A DNA stretch of 64,000 nt from an uncultured Acidobacteriota bacterium (GTDB taxonomy: Bacteria > Acidobacteriota > Thermoanaerobaculia > UBA5066): assembly GCA_963836285.1 (NCBI GenBank), contig CAWIIN010000001.1, positions 482,080 to 546,079 on the forward strand, in the 5' to 3' direction. Under the pieces are notes generated by a model, which was not told the origin of the DNA, did no database searches, and saw only the letters and a program-made list of their open reading frames with translations. The translations under genes and the position numbers were made by a program. Positions 1-8,679 of the stretch are shown piece by piece (positions within the stretch are counted from its first letter, which is position 1; each line of letters starts with the position of its first letter).

Positions 1-604
1 GCAGGAGCGTCGCGTAGCCACGCCTCACGGCCGCCTCGAGAGCGAGCGCGACGCGCTCGGGCCCGGTGGCGGAACGATCGGCGTCCGCCTTCGCGACGCG
101 CTCTCGCAATCCGAGTTTTCCCGGGAACGGGATCGCCTGTTGGGCCATGAGCTCGAGGCGCGACATCTGCTGCGCCCCGAGCGACGGCGAGGTTCCGTCG
201 TTGACGTACGTCAGCGAGACCATCGGATCGGGCAGCGCTCCGGCCGGCGAGACGCGCGCACGGGCGGCCGCGGCTTCCTGCCTCGCCGCGGCAAGCTCCG
301 GATTGTTCGCGAGCGCCTCGGCGACGAGCGCGTCGGCTTCCGCCGACGAGGTGAGCGCGGAGCCCGCGCCCGCCGTCGCGGGCGCGCCGGGGGCGGGCGC
401 CGCCGACGCGGTGCCCGCTCGGGGGATTTCTTCAAAGGGTGTGCGGACGGACTCCGCTCGAGAGGGGCCGGCCCACGCGGCGACCAGCACGACCGCCGGG
501 CAAAGGACGCCCACGGCACGCCGCCACCACGAAGCGAACCCGGCTCCCGTCCTGGCACGGGACCCTCTAGGAAATTCTCTCTTCTTCTCTCTTCTTCCAG
601 CCAT
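1..604 (-). CDS. TolC/CzcC-family outer membrane efflux protein, N-terminal part (3' end runs off the window)
   Basis: My own minus-strand translation from the ATG at 604..602 gives MAGRREKKREF..WWRRAVGVLCPAVVLVAAWAG (signal-like). It continues ..AEALANNPELAAARQEAAAARARV..LPDPMVSLTYVNDG..FPGKLGLRE, a typical outer membrane factor N-terminal repeat. It is absent from the ORF track because it is open at the window edge. Confidence 0.7.
   Translation of the reverse strand, partial: MAGRREKKREFPRGSRARTGAGFASWWRRAVGVLCPAVVLVAAWAGPSRAESVRTPFEEIPRAGTASAAPAPGAPATAGAGSALTSSAEADALVAEALANNPELAAARQEAAAARARVSPAGALPDPMVSLTYVNDGTSPSLGAQQMSRLELMAQQAIPFPGKLGLRERVAKADADRSATGPERVALALEAAVRRGYATLL
425..598. repeat. 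TTCTTAGAAGG-core inverted-repeat element, copy 1 (degenerate; inside the 5' end of the TolC-like CDS)
   Basis: The left arm is GATTTCTTCAAAGGGTGTGCGG (425..446). The right arm is CCCTCTAGGAAATTC plus a polypyrimidine tract (563..598). Confidence 0.55.
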
Positions 605-676
605 CTCGATCTCCTCGCGCGAAACGCCTCACGGAGCCGCCCGGAGCGGGCGGCGCAAGAACGATTCTGCGCGGAG

Positions 677-1015
677 TCAGACGCGGAAGACGGAGTGGAG
701 GACGTGCAACGGCGCCGCGCGCGCGCGCGGCGTGACGGGCGCCGGGAGGCTCGGCGAGGCGGGAGCCTCGACCACGACAGCGGGAAGCGTCGCCTCGGCG
801 AGGACGGCCGCGGGCGCGTGGGCGGCGCCGATCGCCGCGGGGGCCGGCGGCACGGGCTTCAACGAGCAGTGGCAGGGCGGGGCGCCCTCGTCCGCCGTCC
901 GGGAGCAGCAGTCCATCTTCGCGGCGCCCCCGCAGGGAGCGGCAGCCGCGAGGCACGCCGCGGGCGCCACCGCGAGCGAGCACGCAAGCAGGACGAGAGG
1001 GAGAGCCCGTCGCAT
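677..1015 (-). CDS. small secreted Cys-rich hypothetical protein (112 aa)
   Basis: This is the tail of track ORF 677..2254. From the ATG at 1015 it reads MRRALPLVLLACSLAVAPAACLAAAAPCGG..MDCCSRTADEGAPPCHC. It has a clear signal peptide and lies directly upstream of the TolC-like gene on the same strand. Confidence 0.5.
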   Translation of the reverse strand: MRRALPLVLLACSLAVAPAACLAAAAPCGGAAKMDCCSRTADEGAPPCHCSLKPVPPAPAAIGAAHAPAAVLAEATLPAVVVEAPASPSLPAPVTPRARAAPLHVLHSVFRV

Positions 1016-1102
1016 CGGCGCCATTCTACGCGCCGGCTCCAGGCTCCCCATGATGCAGAAGCTTCGACCCGGCCCGGCCCGGGATTCGCATGGGCTCGCG
1101 GA

Positions 1103-1630
1103 ATGGTGAAAAAACTGCTCGCCCTCTGCGTTCTTCTTGGCGCCGCGACGCTGCCGGCGCTCGCCCAAACCCCCGTCGCCGGCGAAAAAGGCCGCTTCGC
1201 GGCGGGATTCGACGCGGGCGCGACGTTCCCGTTCGGCAGCGGGTACGACACCGGTTGGGCGCTCGACGGCTCGTTCGACTACTACGTCGCGCGGCTCCTC
1301 GCGGTCCGCGCCTCCGCGGGCTACGCGCGATCCTCGACGGATCTCGCGGACCCCTTCACGCGGGCTTCGTTTCTCGTCTCGGCGGTCCTTCAGTTCGAGA
1401 ACGGCGCTCTGCGCCCGTACGCGCGCGCGGGCCTCGGCGTCTACGTCGTGTCGCCGCCCGTCGGCGCGACGCGGGGGCGGCTCGGCGCGCACGTCGGCGG
1501 CGGCGTCGAGTGGTTCTTCCGGCCGCGGACTTCCCTGACCGGCGAGCTCCTCCTCCACCTCCTGCCGTCCGCCGAGGACCGAAGCGCGTCCTCCCTCGAC
1601 CTGACGGTCGGCCTCAGGACGTACTTCTAG
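1103..1630 (+). CDS. outer membrane beta-barrel protein (OmpW/OmpA-barrel-like)
   Basis: From the ATG at 1103 inside track ORF 140..1630 the protein reads MVKKLLALCVLLGAATLPALAQ (signal peptide). It shows alternating beta-strand patterns and ends in an aromatic residue (..LTVGLRTYF). Confidence 0.7.
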   Translation: MVKKLLALCVLLGAATLPALAQTPVAGEKGRFAAGFDAGATFPFGSGYDTGWALDGSFDYYVARLLAVRASAGYARSSTDLADPFTRASFLVSAVLQFENGALRPYARAGLGVYVVSPPVGATRGRLGAHVGGGVEWFFRPRTSLTGELLLHLLPSAEDRSASSLDLTVGLRTYF

Positions 1631-1644
1631 CGCCGGGGCTCCCG

Positions 1645-2046
1645 CTACTTCCGGGCGAGGACGACGGTCCCGCTCACGGCGCCGCAGCAGGCTCCTCCGC
1701 CCGTCGCCTGTCCCGCGTACGTGCCCGTCAGCCCGCCATCGGGCGTCAGCGTCATCGTGCCGCTCGCGGACCCGCCGCAGGGAGAGAAGCCGATGCCGAA
1801 GACGAGCGTCGCGCCGCTCACGGAGCCGGTGAGGGTGCCGACACCGGGCAGGTCCGCGACGACCTTGCATCCCGTCTGGAAGAGCGTGACGTCGAGCATC
1901 TGCGTCGACCCGCAGGAATCCGTGAACGTGCCGGCGTACTGGCCGGTGATCGGAACGCACGAGCTCGGCTGGGTCGGGGTCTCTTCGTTCGAACAGGACC
2001 AGAGAAGGACGGCCGCCGCGAGGGCTGCGGCGCGGGCCGACCTCAA
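1645..2046 (-). CDS. putative lipoprotein, hypothetical
   Basis: This is the C-terminal part of track ORF 1645..3069. A TTG at 2046..2044 overlaps the upstream TGA (TTGA). The N-terminus is LRSARAAALAAAVLLWSC (lipobox-like LLWSC) and the rest is G/T/S-rich. Confidence 0.45.
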   Translation of the reverse strand: MRSARAAALAAAVLLWSCSNEETPTQPSSCVPITGQYAGTFTDSCGSTQMLDVTLFQTGCKVVADLPGVGTLTGSVSGATLVFGIGFSPCGGSASGTMTLTPDGGLTGTYAGQATGGGACCGAVSGTVVLARK

Positions 2047-3362
2047 GCCGCCCGCCCGCGCCGCGCCGCGGCGAGCCTCTCGACGGTCCCGACGCAGTCC
2101 TTCGCCTTGTAGGCGCGGCCCCCCGTCTCGAGGAGGACGCGGTCGAAATCGCGGCACAGGCGGATGAGCCGGGCCGCGTTGCCCCGCGTGACCGGGAAGT
2201 CGAGCGCGAGCGAGAACCCGTCGGGCGCATAACCGCGGGGCGAGGCGTCCGCACGGTGCCTCTTGATGACGGCGAGCGACGAGACGACCTCCGCTTCCTG
2301 CTGCAGGACGAGCGCGCGCGCGAACGCCTCCTCGGCCTTCTCCTTCGGGACGAAGAGCTGGTACTGGATGAACCCGCCCGGCCGGTAGGACTCGTTCCAG
2401 CCCGGCAGGTAGTCGAGGAGGAACGAGTACGCGACGAGCGACTGGCGATACCGCGCCCGGCCCGCGAGACGGCCTGCGAGGAACTTCGCGGCGTTCACGA
2501 GACGCATCTGCGGGCCGCGGGCCGTGAGCTTCAGGCCGAGGAGGAGGAGCGGGACCGGGAGGGGACCCGTCCCGATGTCTGCGACCTGCTCCTCGACGGA
2601 GAGTCCCGTCGGCTCCTCCGGCGCGGCCGCGTGCTCGTTCGCGACGTGGACCACGCTGCGCCCGAGACCGCGCCCCGGGGCGAAGCAGTCCATCCAGCCG
2701 ACCACGTACTCCCAGGCGCTCTTGGCGCCGTCGAGCCCGGCGAGCGTGGCCGCCAGGTCGCGCGTCGCGAAGGCCTCGACGTCGAGATAGCCGGATCGGA
2801 CCCGCTTGAGGCGGAGCGCGACCTCCACGACCGGGTCGGCGGCGCGCGTGTTCCCGACGATCTCCGTCATTTCCGGGGTCCCGGCGCGCACCTCCTCGAG
2901 CCGGTCGTCCGGCCGGAGCACGACGACGCCCTCGAGGTGGTCGCCGATCGTCCCGCGCTTCCAGCCGTTCTTCCCGTGGACGTTCACGGCGACCGCGCCG
3001 CCGAGGGTGACGTGCATCGTGCCCGTGACGACCGGCGGCCAGAACCCTTTCGGGATGGACGTCTTCCACAGGTCCCCGAGCGTGAGACCGGCGCCCGCCC
3101 TCACGATGCCCGAGTCCTCGTCCAGGCTCCGGATCGCGTTCAGGCGTCCGAGCTCGACGACGGGCCCGTCCGGATTGAGGGCCGCGTCGCCATACGATCG
3201 GCCCGCGCCCCGGAAGACGGGCGTTTCACCGCGCGCGCGGCAGTCCGCGAGGACGGCGGCGAGCTCCTCGACGGACGCCGGACGGTGAACGGGCGCGACG
3301 CAGAAGTTGTAGAGGCCGAAGCCCTCGACGCGCTCGGGAGCGGGTCGCGCGGGAGCCGTCAC
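2043..3362 (-). CDS. FAD-binding oxidoreductase, DprE1-like (decaprenylphospho-beta-D-ribofuranose 2-oxidase family)
   Basis: 439 aa with a GTG start. It has an FAD-binding PCMH-type N-terminus (RGAGRSYGDAAL, GGAVAVNVHGKN). The C-terminus resembles DprE1, and the gene is paired with an SDR immediately upstream. Confidence 0.75.
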   Translation of the reverse strand: MTAPARPAPERVEGFGLYNFCVAPVHRPASVEELAAVLADCRARGETPVFRGAGRSYGDAALNPDGPVVELGRLNAIRSLDEDSGIVRAGAGLTLGDLWKTSIPKGFWPPVVTGTMHVTLGGAVAVNVHGKNGWKRGTIGDHLEGVVVLRPDDRLEEVRAGTPEMTEIVGNTRAADPVVEVALRLKRVRSGYLDVEAFATRDLAATLAGLDGAKSAWEYVVGWMDCFAPGRGLGRSVVHVANEHAAAPEEPTGLSVEEQVADIGTGPLPVPLLLLGLKLTARGPQMRLVNAAKFLAGRLAGRARYRQSLVAYSFLLDYLPGWNESYRPGGFIQYQLFVPKEKAEEAFARALVLQQEAEVVSSLAVIKRHRADASPRGYAPDGFSLALDFPVTRGNAARLIRLCRDFDRVLLETGGRAYKAKDCVGTVERLAAARRGRAA

Positions 3363-4102
3363 GGCGGGCCGATCCTCTTGAAGACGAATCGGGGGACGTG
3401 GTGGAGCGCGAGGCCGAGGAGGCCCCAGCGGCGGGGGACGTAGAAGACCTCGTGCCGTTTCTCGAGACGGTCCGCGATCGTCCGCGCCGCGACGTCGGGC
3501 GCGACGACCCAGAGGAGGTCCTTCCTCCCGTCGAGCATCCGCGTGTCGAGGAAGCCCGGCTTCACCGTGGAGACCGTGACGCCGAGCGGGAAGAGGCGGT
3601 TCCTCAGGCCCTCGAGGAACGTCGTGAGCGCCGCCTTGGAGGCGTTGTACGCGGGGTTGCCTTTCCGGCCGCGGTCGCCCGCGATCGAGGAGATCGCGGC
3701 GAGGTGGCCGCGGCGCGCGGCGCCGAAGTAGTTCGCGGCGAGACCGAGCATGCGGACGGCCGCGACCGCGTTCACCTGCATCGTCTCCACGTCCCGCCCG
3801 GGGTCGCTCGAGACGCCGTCGCCCGCGTACATGACGCCCGCGTTGTAGAGGAAGAGGTCGCAGTGCCCCGCCGCCTCGAGGGCCTCGCGGAACGCCGGCT
3901 CGATCCGCGACGCGTCCGTCAGGTCGCAGACGACGCCGCGAACGGTCGCGGCGGGGTGGCGCGCGGCCAGCTCCGCGACGAGGGCGTCCAGCTTCCGGGG
4001 CGCGCGGCCGAGAATCGTGACCCAGCAGCCGCGCGAGGCGTATTCCGCCGCGAGCGCGCGGCCCAGGCCGTCGGTGGCCCCGACGAGGACGACTCTCTTC
4101 AC
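3359..4102 (-). CDS. short-chain dehydrogenase/reductase, DprE2-like
   Basis: 247 aa. It carries the Rossmann motif VLVGATDGLGRA, NAG, and the catalytic YNASKAA. Its stop overlaps the DprE1-like start (GTGA). Confidence 0.8.
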   Translation of the reverse strand: MKRVVLVGATDGLGRALAAEYASRGCWVTILGRAPRKLDALVAELAARHPAATVRGVVCDLTDASRIEPAFREALEAAGHCDLFLYNAGVMYAGDGVSSDPGRDVETMQVNAVAAVRMLGLAANYFGAARRGHLAAISSIAGDRGRKGNPAYNASKAALTTFLEGLRNRLFPLGVTVSTVKPGFLDTRMLDGRKDLLWVVAPDVAARTIADRLEKRHEVFYVPRRWGLLGLALHHVPRFVFKRIGPP

Positions 4103-4138
4103 GCGTTCTCCCGTCTCATCTTCGCAGAGGGCGCCGTC

Positions 4139-5146
4139 TCACGGCCAGAGGCGCTCCTTCTCCTCGTGCCAGTCGCGCGTGACGTCGAGCCAGAACGCGA
4201 GGCCCGCGTGGGGGCCGAACGGAGCGTAGAGCCGTACGATCCGCCCGTCGGGAACCCTGCGCCCCCGGAAACGCAGGGCCGCGACCTTCTTGCGCGACCA
4301 CGCGTCCAGGCCCAGCTTGCCGTGCCGGCCGAGGAGGCGTCCGAGCGTGTCGGCCGCGTAGGGGCCGAAGCCCTTCTCGGAGCGGATCTCCTCCTCGACG
4401 TCCTCGGCCGCGCGGGAGGCGTCCTCCCAGCGCGAGAGGTCGAGCGCGCCCGAGGCGACGCGCTCCGCGAACGCGGCGAGGTAAGGCGCCCGGTAGCCGA
4501 ACTTGAGCCGCTCGAGGTCGCGGGCCGAGAGACCGGCCACGAACGCCGCGTCGGGGAAGGCGCCACCCCGGTCGAATCGGCCGACGAGGTTCTTCACCAT
4601 GACCTTCGTGAGGCCCCACGTGCAGTTCGTCGTCGCGAGGACCTTCACGGCGTCCTCGAAGAGCGTCGGCGCGCGCAGGATCCTCCCCGCCCCGCGCCGC
4701 GCGATCCACGCGAAGCGCGGATCGCCGGCGCAAAGGGAATGGAAGGAAGCGAGTTCTGCTCGGAGGTCCAGGACGCGGTCGAGCACGCGACGAACGGCGA
4801 CGCGGGATGGAAGGTCCGAAGAGACCGGAAGAGATTCTTCGAATGGTAATTGCCCTCGCCCCCCCGCCGCCGAAACCGCGCTTGAGGCGCCGCCCCGCCG
4901 GGCCGCGCCGCCCCTCCCCTCTTCGCCCTTCGAAGAAATCCCTTGCGCCGAAGGCGCGACCGGTGATGCGGATGCGATCAGTCCGCTCGAACCGCGATGC
5001 ACGCGCAACTGCACGGGGCATTCACCGTCCAAGAAAACAAATCCGAGCCTGTGCTCCTCCGCATCCCAATGGAACGGAGGCAGGTCGTACCACCCGTGGC
5101 TGCGCACGACGAGGTCGAGGTCGAGGGGCTCGAGCGCGACCCTCAG
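4139..5146 (-). CDS. AlkA-like (HhH-GPD superfamily-like) DNA glycosylase family protein carrying an in-frame repeat-element insertion
   Basis: This is the C-terminal 335 codons of track ORF 4139..5971. Motifs are PLDLDLVVRSHGWYDLPPF.., ..GAGRILRAPTLFEDAVKVLATTNCTWGLT.. and ..FPDAAFVAGL. The start is uncertain: a CTG at 5146 gives a CTGA overlap with the PBP1A stop, or a downstream GTG could be used. Confidence 0.6.
   Translation of the reverse strand: MRVALEPLDLDLVVRSHGWYDLPPFHWDAEEHRLGFVFLDGECPVQLRVHRGSSGLIASASPVAPSAQGISSKGEEGRGGAARRGGASSAVSAAGGRGQLPFEESLPVSSDLPSRVAVRRVLDRVLDLRAELASFHSLCAGDPRFAWIARRGAGRILRAPTLFEDAVKVLATTNCTWGLTKVMVKNLVGRFDRGGAFPDAAFVAGLSARDLERLKFGYRAPYLAAFAERVASGALDLSRWEDASRAAEDVEEEIRSEKGFGPYAADTLGRLLGRHGKLGLDAWSRKKVAALRFRGRRVPDGRIVRLYAPFGPHAGLAFWLDVTRDWHEEKERLWP
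4808..4941. repeat. inverted-repeat element, copy 2 (in frame inside the glycosylase CDS)
   Basis: A purine-rich tract precedes the left arm GAGATTCTTCGAATGGTAA (4831..4854). The right arm is CCCCTCCCCTCTTCGCCCTTCGAAGAAATCC (4911..4941). Confidence 0.8.
5021..5050. repeat. additional solo arm in the glycosylase CDS
   Basis: TTCACCGTCCAAGAAAACAAATCCGAG compares with the right-arm consensus TTCACCTTCTAAGAAATC followed by CGAATCC. The core matches at 13 of 15 positions. Confidence 0.5.
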
Positions 5147-7590
5147 AACGGAGTCGCTCCCCCGATGCCGGGTCCGGGCGCGAGCTCGCCGCTCCCGTGC
5201 GGACAGCGCTGCTTCGGCTCGGTCCCCTGGAGAAAGACCTCGTCGAGAGACGCCGGGCACTCCTCGGTCACGAGGAGGCCGGTCGTCGGGTCGATCGAAG
5301 CCGTCACGACGCCGGGCGTCCTCGGGAACGGCGTCTCGAACGAGTGCGACGGGAGCCGGCGCACGAAGTCGGCCCAGATCGGCAGCGCGGCCGTCGAGCC
5401 CGACAGGTTGAGGCCCCGGTTGTCGTCGAACCCGACCCACACGGCGACGAGGAGGCGCGGAGAGAAGCCGATGAACCAGGCGTCGCGGCCGTCGTTCGTC
5501 GTGCCCGTCTTGCCCGCGAGAATCCCCTGCGCGCCGAGCCTCCTCGCCGACGCGCCCGTTCCGTGGTCCACGACGCCCCGCAGGACCGAGTCCAGCACGG
5601 ACACGGCGTCGGCGTCCGCCGCCCGCACGATCGGCGTGTCTTCCGACTCCATGCGGCGGGCCGACGGCGTTACGAGGCCGACGAGCGCGTTCGGCCGCAC
5701 GCGGAACCCGCCGTTCGCGAACGTGCAGTACGCGGCCGCGATCTCCATCGGGCTCGTCTCGAACGCGCCGAGCGCGAGCGACGGGTACGGCTTCAGCGGC
5801 GACGAGATCCCGGCGCGCCGCGCCGTCTCGACGATGTCCGGAAGGAGCGTCCGGCCGGGCGCCGTCCCGGTCACTGCGATGCGCACCGTCGGGATGTTGA
5901 TGGACTGCTCGAGCGCCTGCCGGGCCGTCATCGTGCCGCGGTACTCCCCGTCGTAGTTCTTCGGCGACCACGTCTCGTCCTCGCCCTTGCCCCAGACGAG
6001 CGCGATCGGCGAGTCGAGGTAGAGCGACGCGGGCGTGATCGGGGGCACGAGGTCGCGCTTGGCGAACGCGGTCAGGTAGACGAACGGCTTGAAGAGCGAG
6101 CCCGGCTGGCGGCGCGCCTGCACGACGCGGTTGAACTGCGAGACCTGGTAGTCGCGACCGCCGACGAGCGCCCGCACGGAGCCCGTGGAAGGGTCCAGCG
6201 CGATCAGCGCCGCCTGGAGCTGGTTGTCCTCTTCGCGGGAGCGCAGCCGGCGGAACTTCTTCTCGAGCTCCTCGAGCCCCTTCTGGACCGCGGCCTGCGC
6301 GGAGAGCTGCATGTCGGGGTCGAGCGTCGTGTAAATCGACGAGCCGTCCTCCTTCGAGAAGCCCGGGATCTCCTTCGCCTGGTTCAGCACGAAGTCCACG
6401 AAGTGGGGCGCGACGACGCCCGTCGGAGGAGCCGCGATCCGCGTGAGCGGGGCCGCGTTCGCGACGTCGAAGGCCGCGCGGTCGATCTTCTTCTGCTCGA
6501 GCATCCCCCTCAGGACGACCGCGCGCCGCTGCCGCGCGTTCTCGGGGTTCCGGAACGGCGAGTACTTGCCCGGCGACGAGATGAGACCCGCGAGCAGGGC
6601 GGCCTCGGGCAGCTCGAGACGCGAGGCGCTCTTGCCGAAGTAGAAGCGCGAGGCCTCCTCGACTCCCGTCACGGAGACCGAGCCGCGCTGGCCGAGGTAG
6701 ATTTCATTGAGGTACGCCTCGAGGATCTGGCTCTTCGAGTACTTCGCCTCGAGGATGACGGCCATCAGGGCCTCGACGGCCTTGCGCTTGAGCGTGCGCT
6801 CGGGCGTGAGGAACATGTTCTTGACGAGCTGCTGCGTCAGGGTCGACGTCCCGTGGACGCCCGCGCGCCGCGTGACGCTCTGGAGCACGGCGCCGACGAG
6901 GCGCCGCGGGGAGATCCCCGCGTGCGTGAAGAAGTCGCGGTCTTCCGTCGTGAGGATCGCGTCGAGGAGGATCTTCGGCACCTGGCCGAGCGTCACGAGG
7001 GTGCGGTCCTGCATCTTCTCGTCGAAGACCGTACCGACGATTTCCGGCTCGAAGACGACGTCCGGGAGTGGCGCGCCGTCCTCGACGCGGCGGACGGACG
7101 CGACGCGCCGGCCGGAGAACTCCAGGACCGCGGCCACGCCCGGCGTGCGCCCCCAGGCGGTCTCCCGGTCGTTCACGGAGACGGTGACGCGCCCCGGCGA
7201 AAGCGCGAACTGGCCGGGCTCGAGCGGCGGCTTCGGGACCTCCGCATACCGCAGCCGCGCGAGCCGGCGCGTCACGTCGTCGGGAGCGAGGGCGTCGCCC
7301 GGCCGCACGACCCAGACGTCCGAGTAGAGCCGCGTCGGGAGGCTCCAGCGCCGCCCGTCCATCGTCTTCGAGACGACGCGCGAGAAGTAGAGGACGACGA
7401 CGACGCCCGCGACGGCGAGCAGCGCCGCCGTCGCTCCGAGTGCGAAGATCACCGGCCGCGGGACGCGGGCGAGGAGACGGGCGGACGCGACGCTGACGGC
7501 CTTCAGGCGCGCGGACACCGCGGCCGCGACAGCCGCGAGGCGGGAGGCGAGCGCCTGGAATCTCCCGGGACCCGGCTCGGAATCGCTCAC
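5143..7590 (-). CDS. mrcA: penicillin-binding protein 1A (bifunctional glycosyltransferase/transpeptidase)
   Basis: 815 aa. It has the GT51 motifs EDRDFFTHAGI, GTSTLTQQLVKN and RKAVEALMAVILE. The transpeptidase motifs are SLFKP, SIN and KTGTT. Confidence 0.9.
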   Translation of the reverse strand: MSDSEPGPGRFQALASRLAAVAAAVSARLKAVSVASARLLARVPRPVIFALGATAALLAVAGVVVVLYFSRVVSKTMDGRRWSLPTRLYSDVWVVRPGDALAPDDVTRRLARLRYAEVPKPPLEPGQFALSPGRVTVSVNDRETAWGRTPGVAAVLEFSGRRVASVRRVEDGAPLPDVVFEPEIVGTVFDEKMQDRTLVTLGQVPKILLDAILTTEDRDFFTHAGISPRRLVGAVLQSVTRRAGVHGTSTLTQQLVKNMFLTPERTLKRKAVEALMAVILEAKYSKSQILEAYLNEIYLGQRGSVSVTGVEEASRFYFGKSASRLELPEAALLAGLISSPGKYSPFRNPENARQRRAVVLRGMLEQKKIDRAAFDVANAAPLTRIAAPPTGVVAPHFVDFVLNQAKEIPGFSKEDGSSIYTTLDPDMQLSAQAAVQKGLEELEKKFRRLRSREEDNQLQAALIALDPSTGSVRALVGGRDYQVSQFNRVVQARRQPGSLFKPFVYLTAFAKRDLVPPITPASLYLDSPIALVWGKGEDETWSPKNYDGEYRGTMTARQALEQSINIPTVRIAVTGTAPGRTLLPDIVETARRAGISSPLKPYPSLALGAFETSPMEIAAAYCTFANGGFRVRPNALVGLVTPSARRMESEDTPIVRAADADAVSVLDSVLRGVVDHGTGASARRLGAQGILAGKTGTTNDGRDAWFIGFSPRLLVAVWVGFDDNRGLNLSGSTAALPIWADFVRRLPSHSFETPFPRTPGVVTASIDPTTGLLVTEECPASLDEVFLQGTEPKQRCPHGSGELAPGPGIGGATPF

Positions 7591-7641
7591 CTTCGCGAGT
7601 CTAGCGGACGCGCCGCGGTGCTACGATGCGACCGATTTTCA

Positions 7642-8184
7642 ATGGCGACGACCTTCGCGGAACTTCTCCGGCGCCTCGACGCGTGGACGGGTCGCATTCC
7701 GCTCGGCGAGCTCGAATCCGCCCTCGCGGACGTCAGGATCGCCACGGACGACGTGGGGCCGCACCTGATCTTCGGGTCCGAGACGTACCGGCGGAATCTC
7801 GTGCACGCCGGGCCGGCGTACCAGGCGCTCGTCCTGTGCTGGAGGAGCGGGCAGCGAAGCCCGATCCACGACCACGCCGGGTCGAGCTGCGGCGTGCGGG
7901 TCCTCTCGGGCGAGGCCGTTGAGACCGTGTTCGGGCGCACGCGCGCCGGGATGGTCTATGCCATGCGCTCGCGCACTCTCGGGCCCGGCACGATTTGTGC
8001 GACTCAGGACGCCGACATTCACCAGGTCTCGAACCTCGCGGACGACGCCCGGGATCTCGTCACGCTCCACGTCTATTCGCCGCCCCTCCTGAACATGGGG
8101 ACGTACTCTCTCTTCGATCCTCACGTCCGCGCGTTCCACGAGCCCGTGCACGAAGAAGCGCTCGTCGACGGCGGCGGCATCTGA
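7642..8184 (+). CDS. cysteine dioxygenase type I-like cupin protein
   Basis: From the ATG at 7642 inside track ORF 4807..8184 the protein reads MATTFAELLRRL... It contains SPIHDHAGSSCGVRVLSGE and the cupin His motif HVYSPPL. Confidence 0.65.
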   Translation: MATTFAELLRRLDAWTGRIPLGELESALADVRIATDDVGPHLIFGSETYRRNLVHAGPAYQALVLCWRSGQRSPIHDHAGSSCGVRVLSGEAVETVFGRTRAGMVYAMRSRTLGPGTICATQDADIHQVSNLADDARDLVTLHVYSPPLLNMGTYSLFDPHVRAFHEPVHEEALVDGGGI

Positions 8185-8208
8185 AGGCCACGGCGGAGAG
8201 GCCGCCCC

Positions 8209-8214
8209 TATAAT
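8209..8214 (+). promoter_or_regulatory. candidate -10 box TATAAT, 9 nt upstream of the ATG (near-leaderless transcript)
   Basis: A perfect TATAAT hexamer, which is rare in this GC-rich sequence. No good -35 element was seen. Confidence 0.35.
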
Positions 8215-8223
8215 CCGCGCCTC

Positions 8224-8673
8224 ATGTCGAAGGCGGCGCTCTTCGTCCTCGGTCTCGGCGCGGGCGCGATGACGGCCATCCAGGCGGTCGTGAACGCGCG
8301 GCTGAGGCAGGCGGTCGCCTCGCCCCTCCAGGTCGCACTCATCTCCTTCGGCGTCGGCACGATCGTGCTCGTCGGCGTCGTGGCCGCCACCGCCCCGTCC
8401 TGGGCGGGGACGTCCCTCTCCTCCGTGCCCTGGTGGGCATGGACCGGCGGCGTCCTCGGGGCCGGGTACATCACGACGGCCGTCGTCCTCGCACCGAGGA
8501 TCGGCTCTCTCGCCCTCATGGCCCTCCTCATCGCGGGCCAGATCCTCGCCGCGCTCGTCCTCGATCATTTCGGGCTGCTCGGCCTGAAGAGGATCCCCGC
8601 GACGCCGGCGCGCCTCGCGGGAGCGGCGCTGCTCCTCGTCGGCCTGTTCTTCGTGCTGCGCCGGGGCCAGTAG
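8224..8673 (+). CDS. DMT-superfamily small membrane transporter (DUF606/YdcZ-like)
   Basis: 149 aa with about 5 hydrophobic helices. The sequence resembles YdcZ family proteins. Confidence 0.7.
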   Translation: MSKAALFVLGLGAGAMTAIQAVVNARLRQAVASPLQVALISFGVGTIVLVGVVAATAPSWAGTSLSSVPWWAWTGGVLGAGYITTAVVLAPRIGSLALMALLIAGQILAALVLDHFGLLGLKRIPATPARLAGAALLLVGLFFVLRRGQ

Positions 8674-8679
8674 GGCGCG

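Noticed and set aside
3375-3392. Other arm-like strings were seen. They are CCTCTTGAAGACGAATC at the 3' end of the SDR gene, TCACCTTCGCGAG at 7586 and TTTCTTCTTCTCAAAGCG at 21464. Also seen were CCCTTCTTCAGG at 15533 and TACTTCTAG at 1624.
   Set aside because: Each matches only 7-9 nt of the consensus. None has a partner arm or a purine tract, and all lie in segments that look like native conserved coding sequence. They are treated as chance similarity.
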